Below, piece by piece: positions 37,220 through 48,039 of a stretch of DNA of 64,000 bases (within the stretch, counting starts at the first letter, position 1; every line of letters starts with the position of its first letter). Under the pieces are notes generated by a model. The model did not search any database, was not told the DNA's origin, and saw only the letters and a list, made by a program, of their open reading frames with translations. Origin of the DNA: Candidatus Nomurabacteria bacterium (GTDB taxonomy: Bacteria > Patescibacteriota > Patescibacteriia > HK-STAS-PATE-3); NCBI GenBank assembly GCA_023898465.1, contig CP060223.1:864001-928000 (forward strand), in the 5' to 3' direction. The position numbers were made by a program, and so were the translations under genes.

Positions 37220-38095
37220 TTACTTTTTCACTGGCCACTCTTTTAGGGCTTGCTCGTACACCTCTGGGGTTCCAATATCGAACCACTGTCCTTCAAATAA
37301 ATATCCGACGAGTTTCTTTTCCTTGGCGAGCTGCGGAAACACGTCCGCCTCTAGCATACTTGACCCGCTGGCCGGTACATAGTCAAGCACTTTTGGCTGC
37401 ATGACTGACACACCGGTAAAAATGAGGTGTGACAAGCGACTTGATCGTTCTGGCTTCTGCAGGAATTCGACAATCTTGCTTCCGTGCATCTTTACCACAC
37501 CATACTCTGATGGCTGACTCACGCTAGTAATTGCCAATGTGGCTAATGCCTTACTCTCCAGGTGGTAATCAACAAACTCGTTAAAGTCGACATCAATGAG
37601 CACGTCACCATAGAGCATAAGGAAGGGACTATCTTTCAGAAGGTGTGCGGCTGCACGCAATGGTGTCGCAGTACCCTCGGACTTACCTTCTTCCACATAC
37701 TGAATGGAAACGCCAAAGCCAGATCCGTCACCAAAATGTTCTTTGATGCGTTCGCCTAAGTGTCCAATGTAAATGATCAGGTTGCGGATGCCACTATCAC
37801 GCAGCGACGTCACGGTGTGTTCCAAGATCGGCTTGCCATGCACTGGAATCATCGCCTTTGGCATCTCATACGTGAATGGACGCATATTCACGCCTCGTCC
37901 ACCAGCCAAGATCAATGCCTTCTGAATACGTGAGCCGAGGACCTTGCCCAGGTGATATTCAATCGCATGGGAACGGTTTCGGATACGCGCACCATCAATG
38001 GTGGCATCGAGCTTATCGAGAATGTCTTGTTTTAAGGTGATAGTGAGGCGTTGTCGTTCCATAAGACTGGGCTTCCGCCTTTCATATACCATCAT
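37220..38095 (-). CDS. Sugar-phosphate nucleotidyltransferase with N-terminal CopG-like ribbon-helix-helix domain
   Basis: The N-terminal RQRLTITLKQDILDKLDATIDGARIRNRSHAIEYHL parallels CopG KKRLTITLSESVLENLEKMA.... It is followed by KALILAGGRGVNMRPFTYEMPKAMIPVHGKPIL (NTP-transferase G-loop) and a left-handed beta-helix-free C-terminus. Confidence 0.65.
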   Translation of the reverse strand: MMVYERRKPSLMERQRLTITLKQDILDKLDATIDGARIRNRSHAIEYHLGKVLGSRIQKALILAGGRGVNMRPFTYEMPKAMIPVHGKPILEHTVTSLRDSGIRNLIIYIGHLGERIKEHFGDGSGFGVSIQYVEEGKSEGTATPLRAAAHLLKDSPFLMLYGDVLIDVDFNEFVDYHLESKALATLAITSVSQPSEYGVVKMHGSKIVEFLQKPERSSRLSHLIFTGVSVMQPKVLDYVPASGSSMLEADVFPQLAKEKKLVGYLFEGQWFDIGTPEVYEQALKEWPVKK

Positions 38096-38151
38096 ACTCT
38101 AGTGGTATTTGAAAGAAATGTCAATAATATAGGGACTAAATTATGCTAATA

Positions 38152-38910
38152 TTAGCCTTTTTTCTCTTTTTTCTGAGCAAAAAATACTAGCCTTTCTAGA
38201 TCTTCTGGGGTGTTATACCCCATAGCTGATAAGGCGTCTTGTGTTTTGAGGACTTTATAAGGCAACTTATCTTCTGCAGCTATTTTCAGCACATCAGGCA
38301 GGAAATACTCTCCATTTGGATGTTTCGGGATTCGAGCTAACGCGTTCCACACCCATGGGGCATTCATTAAGTAGAGCGCGGGATTCACTTCCCGTATTCG
38401 GAGCTGGGCTGGGCTACACTCATGCGCCTCTCGTATCTCAAGAACACGATTCCGCTTATCTCGAATGATGCGGCCGAATGACTTACACCCTTCATATATT
38501 CCTCGATAGCTTGGCACTTCAACTGTCATCATGGTAAGCACTTCGCCATGATTACGATGAAAGCGAATAAGCTGTTTCAAAGTATTTGCCTGAATAAAAG
38601 GATGATCGCCGTACAAGGGAAGAATATGTTTTGCCTTGGCAGCAGTTTTTTGAGCTGCGCGTACTGCGTATCCCGTGCCCTTGGCTGAAGCGGTAATAAT
38701 CTTTGCCCGCTTGCTAAATTTTTCTTGATATATTTTTTTTGTATCAGGACGGACGACAAGTATAGGCGTAAGAATATCTGACCCGAGCTTATCCAGAGTA
38801 TCTAAAATCCGCTCAAGGGTTGTTTTCCCATTAATCTCATAGAGAGGTTTCAAAGATTTTGTCCCCATTCGCCTATTGCGTCCGGCAGCCAGAACTACGG
38901 GTTGGATCAT
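38152..38910 (-). CDS. Nucleotidyltransferase family protein (MobA/IspD/GlmU-N-like)
   Basis: MIQPVVLAAGRNRRMG... G-loop. About 250 aa single domain. Confidence 0.55.
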   Translation of the reverse strand: MIQPVVLAAGRNRRMGTKSLKPLYEINGKTTLERILDTLDKLGSDILTPILVVRPDTKKIYQEKFSKRAKIITASAKGTGYAVRAAQKTAAKAKHILPLYGDHPFIQANTLKQLIRFHRNHGEVLTMMTVEVPSYRGIYEGCKSFGRIIRDKRNRVLEIREAHECSPAQLRIREVNPALYLMNAPWVWNALARIPKHPNGEYFLPDVLKIAAEDKLPYKVLKTQDALSAMGYNTPEDLERLVFFAQKKEKKG

Positions 38911-38996
38911 AAAAAACCGCTAAGCGAAGTTAAGGGAAAACCTGATAAGGTGTACACATATGCTACTGAAAAATACCCTCTCTGGCAAGGCTAGTT

Positions 38997-40157
38997 TTAC
39001 CCAGCCCACTGCCAGTGGGTAAAAGCAAATGTGGTCAGCCCACCGAAGAAAAGCAGAAGAAATAAAAGTAGTGAGCGGATCCAAGCGCTCTGAATCTTCA
39101 ACGCAGCGAAGTAAGCAAGGGGGAATGCTAGCAGGATGTATCGAGTGAATGAATAAAGATGTCCTCCAAGCATTGGTAAGAGCACAACAAAAAAACTATA
39201 AAGTGTAAGTGCAAAGGGTATGCGCTTTTCTCTCAACCCCCACAGGGCAAAAAGAAGTGTAGGTATACTCAGGAGAGTAGCGATAAGCAATTCTCCGCGG
39301 CCGAAAATATCTGCTTGGGTAATGAGTGCATATGCACTTCTCAGCATGCTAGTAATCGGATCGCTTAGTCGATGTCCCCACCACCCCTGACTATGAAGAA
39401 AAGCAAATCCATCACCGCTCACTATATAGTAAAACAGAATTAATAAAGTGCTAGCGATAAAAACACTAGCAATCCAAAGCACATCGCCTAAAGTGATTCG
39501 TCTGCGCTTCACCCACGCTACAATTTCAATAATACAAAGAGTGGCAACTAAGCCTACCCCTACCGGCCGAGCAAAAAGCGCGAGCACAGCAAAAAAAATA
39601 GCTAGCCATCGGTGATGACGCAAGTGAGCAAGGAGGGCGGCGGCGGATACGCAAAAGAAGAGCGACTCGGTGTACCAAGCTGAATAGAAAAAAGCAGCTG
39701 GAAAAAAACTAATCAGTACAAGTGCAAATAGCGCATCTCTTTTTTGTAAGAAGTTACGGGCAATCAAATAACTCAATACTCCTCCAATGAAAAATGAGAG
39801 GTAGGAGACGAGTAAGCCGGCCACCCAAACATTTTGCCATGCATTTCCTATTACGCGAGATAAGACAGGATAGAGGGGAAAGAAGGCTGTCCGATAAAGC
39901 GCATCGCTCTGATACCCACGCACTGCAACATCATAGAGATGATAGCTATCCCATCGAATAAAACTGCTCCACACCTGGCTCTGTGAAAACGCGTCCGGGT
40001 GCGGTTTCACCGATTGCTCAGTATTCACTTGCAAACCAAGCCATGCAACACCAAAGAAAAAAACCCGCGATAAAAAAAGAACCAGCAAAACTATGCCGAT
40101 CTCTCTCTGAAAAAGAAAATGTGTACTTGGGGCTATAGCCCTCGGAGCAATTGCCAC
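38997..40157 (-). CDS. Polytopic membrane protein, possible GT-C-type glycosyltransferase
   Basis: At least 10 predicted TM helices. The assignment is weak. Confidence 0.3.
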   Translation of the reverse strand: MAIAPRAIAPSTHFLFQREIGIVLLVLFLSRVFFFGVAWLGLQVNTEQSVKPHPDAFSQSQVWSSFIRWDSYHLYDVAVRGYQSDALYRTAFFPLYPVLSRVIGNAWQNVWVAGLLVSYLSFFIGGVLSYLIARNFLQKRDALFALVLISFFPAAFFYSAWYTESLFFCVSAAALLAHLRHHRWLAIFFAVLALFARPVGVGLVATLCIIEIVAWVKRRRITLGDVLWIASVFIASTLLILFYYIVSGDGFAFLHSQGWWGHRLSDPITSMLRSAYALITQADIFGRGELLIATLLSIPTLLFALWGLREKRIPFALTLYSFFVVLLPMLGGHLYSFTRYILLAFPLAYFAALKIQSAWIRSLLLFLLLFFGGLTTFAFTHWQWAG

Positions 40158-40639
40158 AAAAACAATCCAATCATGGCCACACCAACGGCAAACTTAATAA
40201 TCATGCCGCCCATGTAGCCGATAATAATGTAATGCTTCGTTTCCACGGCAAAGACTCGATCACGACCAACTACCAACTGACTAACCACTGCTCCAAAAAA
40301 AGGCCCAACTACAAAAGCAAAAAGTAAACCAAAGAAGGAACCAATTATTCCTCCAATAACCGCGCCCAAAACGCCCCACAAACTTGCGCGAAATTGTTTA
40401 CCGCCCCAAAGGTAGGCTACGAAGTCTAGCAGCACTACTACTAATCCTAGTACGGAAATAATAAGCAGGAAGGACGGAGTAACTAGTGAAAAGTCTGTAG
40501 CGATCCCATACAATAAAATACCAAACCAAATAAGTGGAATGCTCGGCACTATAGGGAAAGCGATACCAACGAAACCAACGAGTACGATAATGAAGCAGAG
40601 TGTCAGAATGATGAGATGTCCAGCCCCCGTGCTAAACAT
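40133..40639 (-). CDS. DUF456-like small membrane protein
   Basis: Four TM helices. The start is set at the internal Met (MFSTGAGH) so that it abuts rather than overlaps rnc. Confidence 0.45.
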   Translation of the reverse strand: MFSTGAGHLIILTLCFIIVLVGFVGIAFPIVPSIPLIWFGILLYGIATDFSLVTPSFLLIISVLGLVVVLLDFVAYLWGGKQFRASLWGVLGAVIGGIIGSFFGLLFAFVVGPFFGAVVSQLVVGRDRVFAVETKHYIIIGYMGGMIIKFAVGVAMIGLFLWQLLRGL

Positions 40640-40640
40640 A

Positions 40641-41330
40641 TTACCATCCCCGGGCGAGTATCCCGGCCTCCGCTGCGCTGACCTGCGCCTCTTGTTTAGA
40701 TGCACCCTCGCCGGTAGCCACCTCTTCATCACCAAAGTAGACTGCTACGCGGAAGTGTTTATTGTGATCTGGACCCCACTCCTCAAGTACTTTGTAGGCA
40801 GGGGTAACGCCTAGCTTTTCCTGACTCGCTTCTTGCAAACGACTCTTTGGGTCGAGATAAAGTTTGTGCTCGATAATGTAGGGGAGTTTAGGAAGCACGG
40901 TTCGCCCAATAAAATCCTTTGCTACTTCAAAACCCTGGTCGAGATAAATTGCTCCGACAATTGCTTCAAAGGCATTTGCTAAAATTGAATGACGTGCTTT
41001 GGCATTTGCGTCTTTTGCTTCACCCCGGCTTAAGAAGATAAACTGATGCACTTCTAATTCTTCCGCGATACTGCCCAGACTTTTTGCGTTCACAAGAGCC
41101 GCTCGCCAGTTTGTCAGATCTCCTTCTGGATTTTCATATTTAGTATAGAGATGTTCAGTGACAGCTAATTCCAAAACAGCGTCGCCGAGAAACTCCAGAC
41201 GTTCGTTATGACCTAAGCGAAAACTAGGGTGTTCGTTCACATATGAACGATGCACTAGTGCTTGATGAAGGTATTCAGTTTTAGTGAAGTGAACGCCGAG
41301 ACGTTCTTCGAGTGCGGTGAATTCAGACAT
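40641..41330 (-). CDS. rnc: Ribonuclease III
   Basis: ERLEFLGDAVLELAV signature plus a C-terminal dsRBD. Confidence 0.9.
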   Translation of the reverse strand: MSEFTALEERLGVHFTKTEYLHQALVHRSYVNEHPSFRLGHNERLEFLGDAVLELAVTEHLYTKYENPEGDLTNWRAALVNAKSLGSIAEELEVHQFIFLSRGEAKDANAKARHSILANAFEAIVGAIYLDQGFEVAKDFIGRTVLPKLPYIIEHKLYLDPKSRLQEASQEKLGVTPAYKVLEEWGPDHNKHFRVAVYFGDEEVATGEGASKQEAQVSAAEAGILARGW

Positions 41331-41392
41331 ATGATGAGAGCAACTCGCTTCTCATGGCGACATCGCACCACGACAAGCCAATCGCAAATTAA

Positions 41393-41860
41393 TTATGAAC
41401 TTGCTTGAGGAGGAGTTTCTGTTTTTGTGCTCGGGGCGGTTTCTTGTACATCCATATCTTTAAAGATCGCTCCAAGCACCCCGTTTACGAAGCGGCCAGA
41501 TGATTCTCCACCAAAGCTCTTGGCTAATTCAATTGCTTCATTAATCGCCACCTTTGGAGGAATGTCAGGAGCAAACTTCAGCTCATAGATGCCAATGCGA
41601 AGAATGTTGCGATCAACAATAGTGATTTGATCGAGCGGCCACTCAGGTGCATATTTCACGATCAAGGCATCAATATCTTTTTGATTCTTCTCAATGCCAT
41701 GCACGATGCTGCGTGAAAAATCAGCGTCGCTAAAGTCAGGAGCAAACTCCTTCAGATTCGTTTCGACCATCTCAGAGAGTTCCGTGTTTGATTTGCCGGT
41801 AAAATCCCACTCGTAGAGTGTTTGCATTGCAATCGTTCTGGCAAGGTGGCGATTCGACAT
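41393..41860 (-). CDS. nusB: Transcription antitermination factor NusB
   Basis: [14 protein letters not shown]...[12 protein letters not shown]. Confidence 0.8.
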   Translation of the reverse strand: MSNRHLARTIAMQTLYEWDFTGKSNTELSEMVETNLKEFAPDFSDADFSRSIVHGIEKNQKDIDALIVKYAPEWPLDQITIVDRNILRIGIYELKFAPDIPPKVAINEAIELAKSFGGESSGRFVNGVLGAIFKDMDVQETAPSTKTETPPQASS

Positions 41861-41900
41861 AGTGGGAAATCAGTGAAACCTTGAGATGGACAAATGAACT

Positions 41901-42140
41901 TTATTCTTTACTTGCTTCGGCCGGCTCTTGTTTCTGTCGCTTTTTCGCTCGCTTATCGAGCTTTGTTTCCATCTTGAGCACGTCCCGACCGCGGTAATAT
42001 CCGCAATTCGTACAGGCCCGATGGGGCATAATAGCCGACTGACAGCGCGGGCAGGTCGTTAATGACCGACCCTGCAGCGCAAAGTGTGACGCGCGGCGCA
42101 AGCGTGACCCCTTTGATCTTCGTTGTGCGGGAAGTCCCAT
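41901..42140 (-). CDS. rpmF: 50S ribosomal protein L32
   Basis: Basic N-terminus, CPRC...CTNCGYYRGRDV zinc ribbon, Lys-rich C-terminal extension. Confidence 0.7.
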   Translation of the reverse strand: MGLPAQRRSKGSRLRRASHFALQGRSLTTCPRCQSAIMPHRACTNCGYYRGRDVLKMETKLDKRAKKRQKQEPAEASKE

Positions 42141-42225
42141 ATCCGTTTCAGATAACAGTAAAACAGTTGCACGATACCAAAAGAAGCCGGAATAAGCAAG
42201 CGCGGCTTAGAAAGGAAATAGTAGA

Positions 42226-44700
42226 CTAGACAAAGGCTACTGTAGCGACCTTATCTCCGCCGTCGGCTAATCGCATAATACGGACACCCTGCGTGTCACG
42301 ACCTAAGACCGATACTGACTTCAAAGGTAGGCGAATAACCTGACCTTTTTGAGACATACAGATGAGGTCGTTTTGCTCTAGTTTCGCATTTACGATAAAG
42401 GCTGACACGATTTGACCGGTCTTTGGGGTGATCTTGGCAGTACGAATGCCGCTACCGCCGCGACCCTGCACCTTGTAATTCCCTAGCTGGGTGCGTTTGC
42501 CATAACCGTTATCCATGACCACTAAGACCTGCTCATTACTCGACGCCTTGCCATCGTGAATGACATCCATGCCAGCTACTTCATCACCTGACTTCAATCG
42601 CATACCGCGAACACCAGCGGCAGTGCGTCCCATTGGCCGAACTCCAGCTTCTTTGAAGCGAATCGCCTGGCCCTTCGCCGTCACGATAAGAATATCATCA
42701 CTACCGGTTGAAGGTTTGGTCCATTGCAAGCGATCGTCATCTTTCACCGTGATGGCAATTAAACCGGATCGACGTACTTTCAGGAATTGCTCAATCGCCA
42801 CTTTCTTAATCAGGCCCTTCTTAGTAACCATGATAAGGTATTTGCAACCTTCGAAATTCGGCGTTGCCAGCACATCAGAAATTCGCTCTTCGCCACGCAG
42901 CTGCAGGAAGTTTACAATCGCCTGGCCCTTGGCAGTACGAGAGGCAACCGGGATATCATAGGCCTTTAATTGGAAAACGCGACCAGTCGTAGTGAAGAAG
43001 AGAATGTCGGCATGCGTCATGGTAGAGAAGAATTCCTGCACCAGGTCTTCTTCTTTGGTGGTTAATCCAATCACGCCTTTGCCGCCGCGGCTCTGTGTCT
43101 TGAAGGTGTCAGGAGCAAGTCGCTTAATATAACCATCGCGCGTCATCATCACAATGGTCGCTTCGTTCGGGATGAGATCCTCTTGACTGAAGCTACCAAC
43201 AGCCTGCGGCACAATTTGTGTGCGTCGCTCGTCGCCAAACTTTTCTCGCAGGGCAAGTAATTCATCCTTAATAATGCCAAGCATTTTCTGCTTTGATTTC
43301 AGGATAGATTCAAACTCTTTAATAAGCTTCTGCTTTTCCTTATACTCGTCTTCAATCTTTTGTCGCTCCAGGTTGGCTAACTGCTGCAACTTCATTTCCA
43401 AAATTGCGACAGCTTGAATTTCTGTCAGCTTGAATTTCTTAATTAAATTAATCTTCGCCTCATCCTTATCTTTTGATTTCTTGATCGTCGCAATAACTGG
43501 ATCAAGTTTGGCGAGAGCGATGCGTAAACCTTCTAAAATGTGAGCGCGCTTCTTTGCCACATCGAGATCAAATGCAGTACGACGTCGCACAACTTCCTGA
43601 CGATGCTTCAGATACTCTTCCAGGATCATCTTTAAGGTCAGCACGCGTGGCTGAATACCATCGACCAAAGCAAGCATATTGAAGTGGAAGGAGCTCTGCA
43701 GGCCGCTAAGCTGGAAAAGGCGATTCAACACCTTCTTTGGATACGCGTCGCGCTTCAACTCAATCACAACGCGAATGCCATCCTTATCTGACTCATCACG
43801 CAAATCGCGAATACCCTCAATACGCTTGTTTGTAACTAACTCGGCAATATCTTTGAGAAGTTGCGCTTTGTTCAGCTGATAAGGAAGCTCAGTCACAATG
43901 ATCTTAAACTGACCGCCATTATCTTCTACAATCTCCGTCTTGGCGCGCACCACAATCGAACCTTTACCTGTAGCGTAGGCTTGCTTCAGCGATTCAATGT
44001 CATACAGGATACCGCCGGTTGGGAAGTCAGGGCCTTTCACAAATTCCATGAGGTCTTCGATCGTGGCGTCTGGATTGGCAATCAGGTGAATAACCGCATC
44101 GATCAATTCGGTCAAATTATGCGGGGGCACGCTGGTTGCCATACCCACCGCAATTCCAACTGCACCATTTAAAAGCAAGTTAGGCAGTTTTGCTGGGAGC
44201 ACCCTTGGCTCTTGCTGTGATCCATCGTAGTTTGGCAGGAAATCAACCGTCTTCTTTTCAATGTCCAGCATCATTTCTTCAGCAATGCGGTCGAGCTTGG
44301 CCTCGGTATAACGCATAGCAGCCGGAGCATCACCATCAACAGATCCAAAGTTACCTTGGCCATCGACCAAGGTATATCGCATAGAGAAATCCTGAGCCAA
44401 GCGTACCATTGCTTCATATACTGGCGCATCACCATGCGGGTGATATTTACCAAGCACCTCACCAACCACCGTAGCTGATTTGCGATACTTCGCCCCAGGG
44501 CGCAAGCCAATATCCCACATAGCGTAGAGAATACGGCGGTGCACTGGCTTCATGCCATCACGTACATCAGGCAAGGCACGCGAAACAATAACCGACATAG
44601 CATAGTCGAGGTAGGAGGTTTCCATTTCCTCGACAATTGGTCGCGGTTGAATTGATCCGATAGAAAAGGTTGGAGTAATTTTTTGCTTCTTGCTTGCCAT
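42226..44700 (-). CDS. gyrA: DNA gyrase subunit A
   Basis: [32 protein letters not shown]-terminal beta-pinwheel repeats. Confidence 0.95.
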   Translation of the reverse strand: MASKKQKITPTFSIGSIQPRPIVEEMETSYLDYAMSVIVSRALPDVRDGMKPVHRRILYAMWDIGLRPGAKYRKSATVVGEVLGKYHPHGDAPVYEAMVRLAQDFSMRYTLVDGQGNFGSVDGDAPAAMRYTEAKLDRIAEEMMLDIEKKTVDFLPNYDGSQQEPRVLPAKLPNLLLNGAVGIAVGMATSVPPHNLTELIDAVIHLIANPDATIEDLMEFVKGPDFPTGGILYDIESLKQAYATGKGSIVVRAKTEIVEDNGGQFKIIVTELPYQLNKAQLLKDIAELVTNKRIEGIRDLRDESDKDGIRVVIELKRDAYPKKVLNRLFQLSGLQSSFHFNMLALVDGIQPRVLTLKMILEEYLKHRQEVVRRRTAFDLDVAKKRAHILEGLRIALAKLDPVIATIKKSKDKDEAKINLIKKFKLTEIQAVAILEMKLQQLANLERQKIEDEYKEKQKLIKEFESILKSKQKMLGIIKDELLALREKFGDERRTQIVPQAVGSFSQEDLIPNEATIVMMTRDGYIKRLAPDTFKTQSRGGKGVIGLTTKEEDLVQEFFSTMTHADILFFTTTGRVFQLKAYDIPVASRTAKGQAIVNFLQLRGEERISDVLATPNFEGCKYLIMVTKKGLIKKVAIEQFLKVRRSGLIAITVKDDDRLQWTKPSTGSDDILIVTAKGQAIRFKEAGVRPMGRTAAGVRGMRLKSGDEVAGMDVIHDGKASSNEQVLVVMDNGYGKRTQLGNYKVQGRGGSGIRTAKITPKTGQIVSAFIVNAKLEQNDLICMSQKGQVIRLPLKSVSVLGRDTQGVRIMRLADGGDKVATVAFV

Positions 44701-44702
44701 AC

Positions 44703-45107
44703 TTATTCAGGAAGGGTACGGAAACTGCCGGAGTCTTGAGCATCACTCGGGAATACCCGCTGCTCTAAATCTTGCAGCTCTTCATCACTTAAATTTGCAT
44801 TATTCGTATTAGCCGCTTGTGAGTTTGTGCCAAAGACGCGACTTACTTCGGACTTAATCCGATCATAGAGAGATTCATCACCGCCGCCGGTTCGACTTAA
44901 GTTCAATCCAATCAAAGCGACCCAGAGTACGGCGATAACGAGCGTGGCACCTGCTACAGAGACCCAAAGCTTTTTACTTGCATTCACTGTTGGAGCACTA
45001 GCCTGTAATGGCGCCTTTACTTCTGCTACTGAGCTAGGTGAGGTCTTCGCCTTGCTTGTTCGGGCACTTACTCGCTTACGGGTTGGAACAGTGCGTCGCG
45101 TTGGCAT
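44703..45107 (-). CDS. Hypothetical membrane-anchored protein
   Basis: Basic N-terminus, a single TM, low-complexity C-terminus. The reading frame is tightly packed with its neighbours. Confidence 0.4.
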   Translation of the reverse strand: MPTRRTVPTRKRVSARTSKAKTSPSSVAEVKAPLQASAPTVNASKKLWVSVAGATLVIAVLWVALIGLNLSRTGGGDESLYDRIKSEVSRVFGTNSQAANTNNANLSDEELQDLEQRVFPSDAQDSGSFRTLPE

Positions 45108-45733
45108 TATGATTGCACGATTACGACGCGAGTAGCATCTTGAGGAAGTTCCTTTGGCGTGATTTTCAATTTATCTACCTTCTCCGCATCTTGCGCACCG
45201 TATTCTTTCAAGAATGCATCAACCGGGTCCAGCTTCATTTTCACGCCTGGGGTTTTATACATCATTGGAATAATGATGCGTGGCTCGATTTCGCTGACCA
45301 AAGCGCTTGCCTTCTTTGCATCCAAGACATCATTTCCACCAACCGGCAAACAGAGGATGTCGACACCCTCTAAACGGTCAAGTTGATTTTCAGTCAAAAC
45401 TGTTGAGAGATCACCGAGGTGAGCAATAGTTAACCCCTCTGCCTCAATAACATAAAGCGTGGTGCGTCGTTTCTTGTCACCGTTGTGTTGCACGCCATGG
45501 CCCCACACAAAAACATTCTTCACCTCGTACTCACCTGGACCAGTAATGCGGAAAGGATCGCCACCGCCAGCAGTAATATTCCCGTGCTCTGGTCGATCGC
45601 TCGTAGCTAATACTAAATCCGATGCAAAGCGGGGCGGTTTCAAACCGACCGAGGCATCATAGGGATCAATTAATATGCTCAGATCGCGGAGCACCAAGCG
45701 GAAGCAGGCGAGACCGTGCCAATAAATATGCAT
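45107..45733 (-). CDS. MBL-fold metallo-hydrolase (UPF0173-like)
   Basis: HIYWHGLACFRL...IDPY... and later Asp/His metal ligands. Confidence 0.7.
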   Translation of the reverse strand: MHIYWHGLACFRLVLRDLSILIDPYDASVGLKPPRFASDLVLATSDRPEHGNITAGGGDPFRITGPGEYEVKNVFVWGHGVQHNGDKKRRTTLYVIEAEGLTIAHLGDLSTVLTENQLDRLEGVDILCLPVGGNDVLDAKKASALVSEIEPRIIIPMMYKTPGVKMKLDPVDAFLKEYGAQDAEKVDKLKITPKELPQDATRVVIVQS

Positions 45734-45811
45734 AGCAAAAGTTTCAGCTGAAAGACAAAATTACCCTACCACATTTAGTGCTAAAGGTAAAGCAATACTT
45801 TGCCTAAAAAT

Positions 45812-46591
45812 TTAGTCGATCGGCAAGTCTGGTAAGGACTCCTCATCCCCTGAGGAGACCGGACTTACCAAGCTATCCCGGTGTAAGGGATCTGGAGCAT
45901 CTTCCTCACCATCTTCAGGGTCCGTACTTGGCGCCTCGGTAGTACCTAGTCTCCCTGAGTCACCGAAATGCATGCGAGTATCTTGCTGAGGTACTGAGGG
46001 GGCGACGGTTTTTGGGGTCTCAGTTTTTGATGTGTCTTTATCAAAATCAACCAATATCTTGCGACGGCCAAGCATAGCCTCCTCTCGCTTCTCATCAAGC
46101 TGATCAAGAGTACTTTTGCCAATTTTTTCATCAATGCGTTGGGTTGGGCCGAGATTATTTTTCACACGGGTAATATATTTTTTCCGACGTGCCAGTCGAT
46201 CTAGCCACGACTCTTCAGCCTTCTTTTCAGTCGGAGCTGTAGTAGAGCTAGCTTTTTCAATAAAAGCCTTTGGATATTCTCGAGCAGCCGAAGCGCTTAA
46301 TCGCAGACTTTGGCCGGTTTTGTCTAATTTTAGCGTACGTCGAGGGCCAAAAGTTTGCTTCAGTGCTTTTACAAATTTTTCCCCTCGTTCAGCACTTATG
46401 GCGCCTTTACCACTGGCAACCGCCCGAAGTATTGCTCTAGGTCGGGCAATACCCTGCTTACGCAAAGCACTCTCCAACTCTGGATGCTGGAGGGCTTTTT
46501 GCAGGGTTTCCTTTGGTAAGCGTCCGCCACCTTGGCTCAATATCGAGCGTCCAAGGGCTTTTTGCAGATCTGCTCCTTGTATTTTTGCCAT
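45812..46591 (-). CDS. Hypothetical charged/low-complexity protein
   Basis: No recognisable domain. Confidence 0.4.
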   Translation of the reverse strand: MAKIQGADLQKALGRSILSQGGGRLPKETLQKALQHPELESALRKQGIARPRAILRAVASGKGAISAERGEKFVKALKQTFGPRRTLKLDKTGQSLRLSASAAREYPKAFIEKASSTTAPTEKKAEESWLDRLARRKKYITRVKNNLGPTQRIDEKIGKSTLDQLDEKREEAMLGRRKILVDFDKDTSKTETPKTVAPSVPQQDTRMHFGDSGRLGTTEAPSTDPEDGEEDAPDPLHRDSLVSPVSSGDEESLPDLPID

Positions 46592-46668
46592 ATTTTTTAC
46601 CTACAATTACTATTATACACTTTTTTAATGTTTTTGTCAATATATATCCCTTTTTATACCTTTGAGAC

Positions 46669-46697
46669 TTGCCAAAACAGAGGAGTCAGCGTACAAT
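46669..46697 (+). promoter_or_regulatory. Sigma70-type promoter for rpsA (TTGCCA-17-TACAAT) followed by ~100-nt structured leader
   Basis: -35 ttgcca, 17-nt spacer, -10 tacaat. The leader has GC stems (gggcactgccg...cggcagccggg). Confidence 0.45.
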
Positions 46698-46802
46698 TGC
46701 GGGCACTGCCGAATTACTCTCCCCCGGTTTCGTAGAGGGCTACGATACGGCAGCCGGGACTTTCCGCCCTAGGCGTAAGGTTAAACAATATATGTAGTAA
46801 AG

Positions 46803-48035
46803 ATGAACACGGTTACCAAATCTCCCGTGGATCTTCAATCGTCAGCAATGGCAAAATTGCTAGCTGAAGAAGACCAACAACCTCGATTACCAAAGGTTGG
46901 TGATTTAGTTGAAGGGAAAGTATTAAGCGTTTCCAAGAGCGAAGTACACTTGGATATTGATGGCATTACCACGGGCGTTGTCCGAGGTCGCGAATTATTC
47001 GACGAATCAGGTGATTCAGCGGATTTGAAAATTAGCGATCTTGCCCAAGCTACTATTCTCGAGCTTGAAAATGAAAACGGTGAAATGGAATTATCCTTCC
47101 GACACGCCGGACACCAAAAAGCCTGGAATGAATTAGAGGATCTCCAATCAAATGCGAAACCAATTGACGTACCAATCATTGAAGCCAATCGTGGTGGACT
47201 CATGGTCCGCGTCGGTCGCGTAGAAGGATTCTTGCCTGTCTCTCAACTTACTACCGAGCACTATCCTCGCGTAGAAGGTGGCGACAAAAATAAGATTCTT
47301 GAAAAACTACAAAGCTATGTCGGTAGCAGCTTCAAGGTAAAAGTAATTGACGTTGATGAAACTGACAGCAAGCTGATTGTTTCAGAAAAAGCAGCTTGGG
47401 AAGAGCAACATCAAGAAAAGCTTTCTCAGTACGAAGTTGGTCAAAGCGTCAAAGGTAAAGTTACCGGCGTAGTTGACTTCGGTGCTTTTGTAGAATTTGA
47501 TTCTGGGCTCGAGGGTCTAGTCCACATTTCTGAAATGGCATGGCAGCGAGTTGACGACCCACACGACCTCGTCAAGGTTGGCGATGAAATTGAAGTGAAG
47601 ATTATCGGCATTGAGGGAAATAAAATTTCTCTCTCCATGAAGCAACTCACTGAAGATCCTTGGATGCAGGCGGTTGAGAAATATAAGGTTGGCGATGTCG
47701 TGAAAGGAAAAGTAACAAAGCTCAATCCATTTGGCGCCTTTGTAGAACTGGATGAAGAGATTCATGGCTTAGCCCACATCTCTGAACTCTCTGAGAAAAA
47801 TATCAGCCATCCGGGTGAAGTGTTGAAAGTTGACGAAAGCTACGACTTCAAAATTCTCTCCATCGAACCAAAGAGTCACCGCCTCGGTCTCTCCATTAAG
47901 GCTATTAATCAGCCGGATGAGCCAGCAGCAGAAGAGACAAAAGATGAAGAGGAAAAGAGCGTACCAAGTGACGAAAGCTCAGAAGAAAATACAGAGGAAG
48001 AAGTAGATAACGATTCATCAAAGGAACAATCCTAA
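46803..48035 (+). CDS. rpsA: 30S ribosomal protein S1 (four S1 domains)
   Basis: Repeated S1 motifs (GDLVEGKVLSV, GQSVKGKVTGVVDFGAFVEF, GDVVKGKVTKLNPFGAFVEL). Acidic C-terminus. Confidence 0.85.
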   Translation: MNTVTKSPVDLQSSAMAKLLAEEDQQPRLPKVGDLVEGKVLSVSKSEVHLDIDGITTGVVRGRELFDESGDSADLKISDLAQATILELENENGEMELSFRHAGHQKAWNELEDLQSNAKPIDVPIIEANRGGLMVRVGRVEGFLPVSQLTTEHYPRVEGGDKNKILEKLQSYVGSSFKVKVIDVDETDSKLIVSEKAAWEEQHQEKLSQYEVGQSVKGKVTGVVDFGAFVEFDSGLEGLVHISEMAWQRVDDPHDLVKVGDEIEVKIIGIEGNKISLSMKQLTEDPWMQAVEKYKVGDVVKGKVTKLNPFGAFVELDEEIHGLAHISELSEKNISHPGEVLKVDESYDFKILSIEPKSHRLGLSIKAINQPDEPAAEETKDEEEKSVPSDESSEENTEEEVDNDSSKEQS

Positions 48036-48039
48036 GCCT

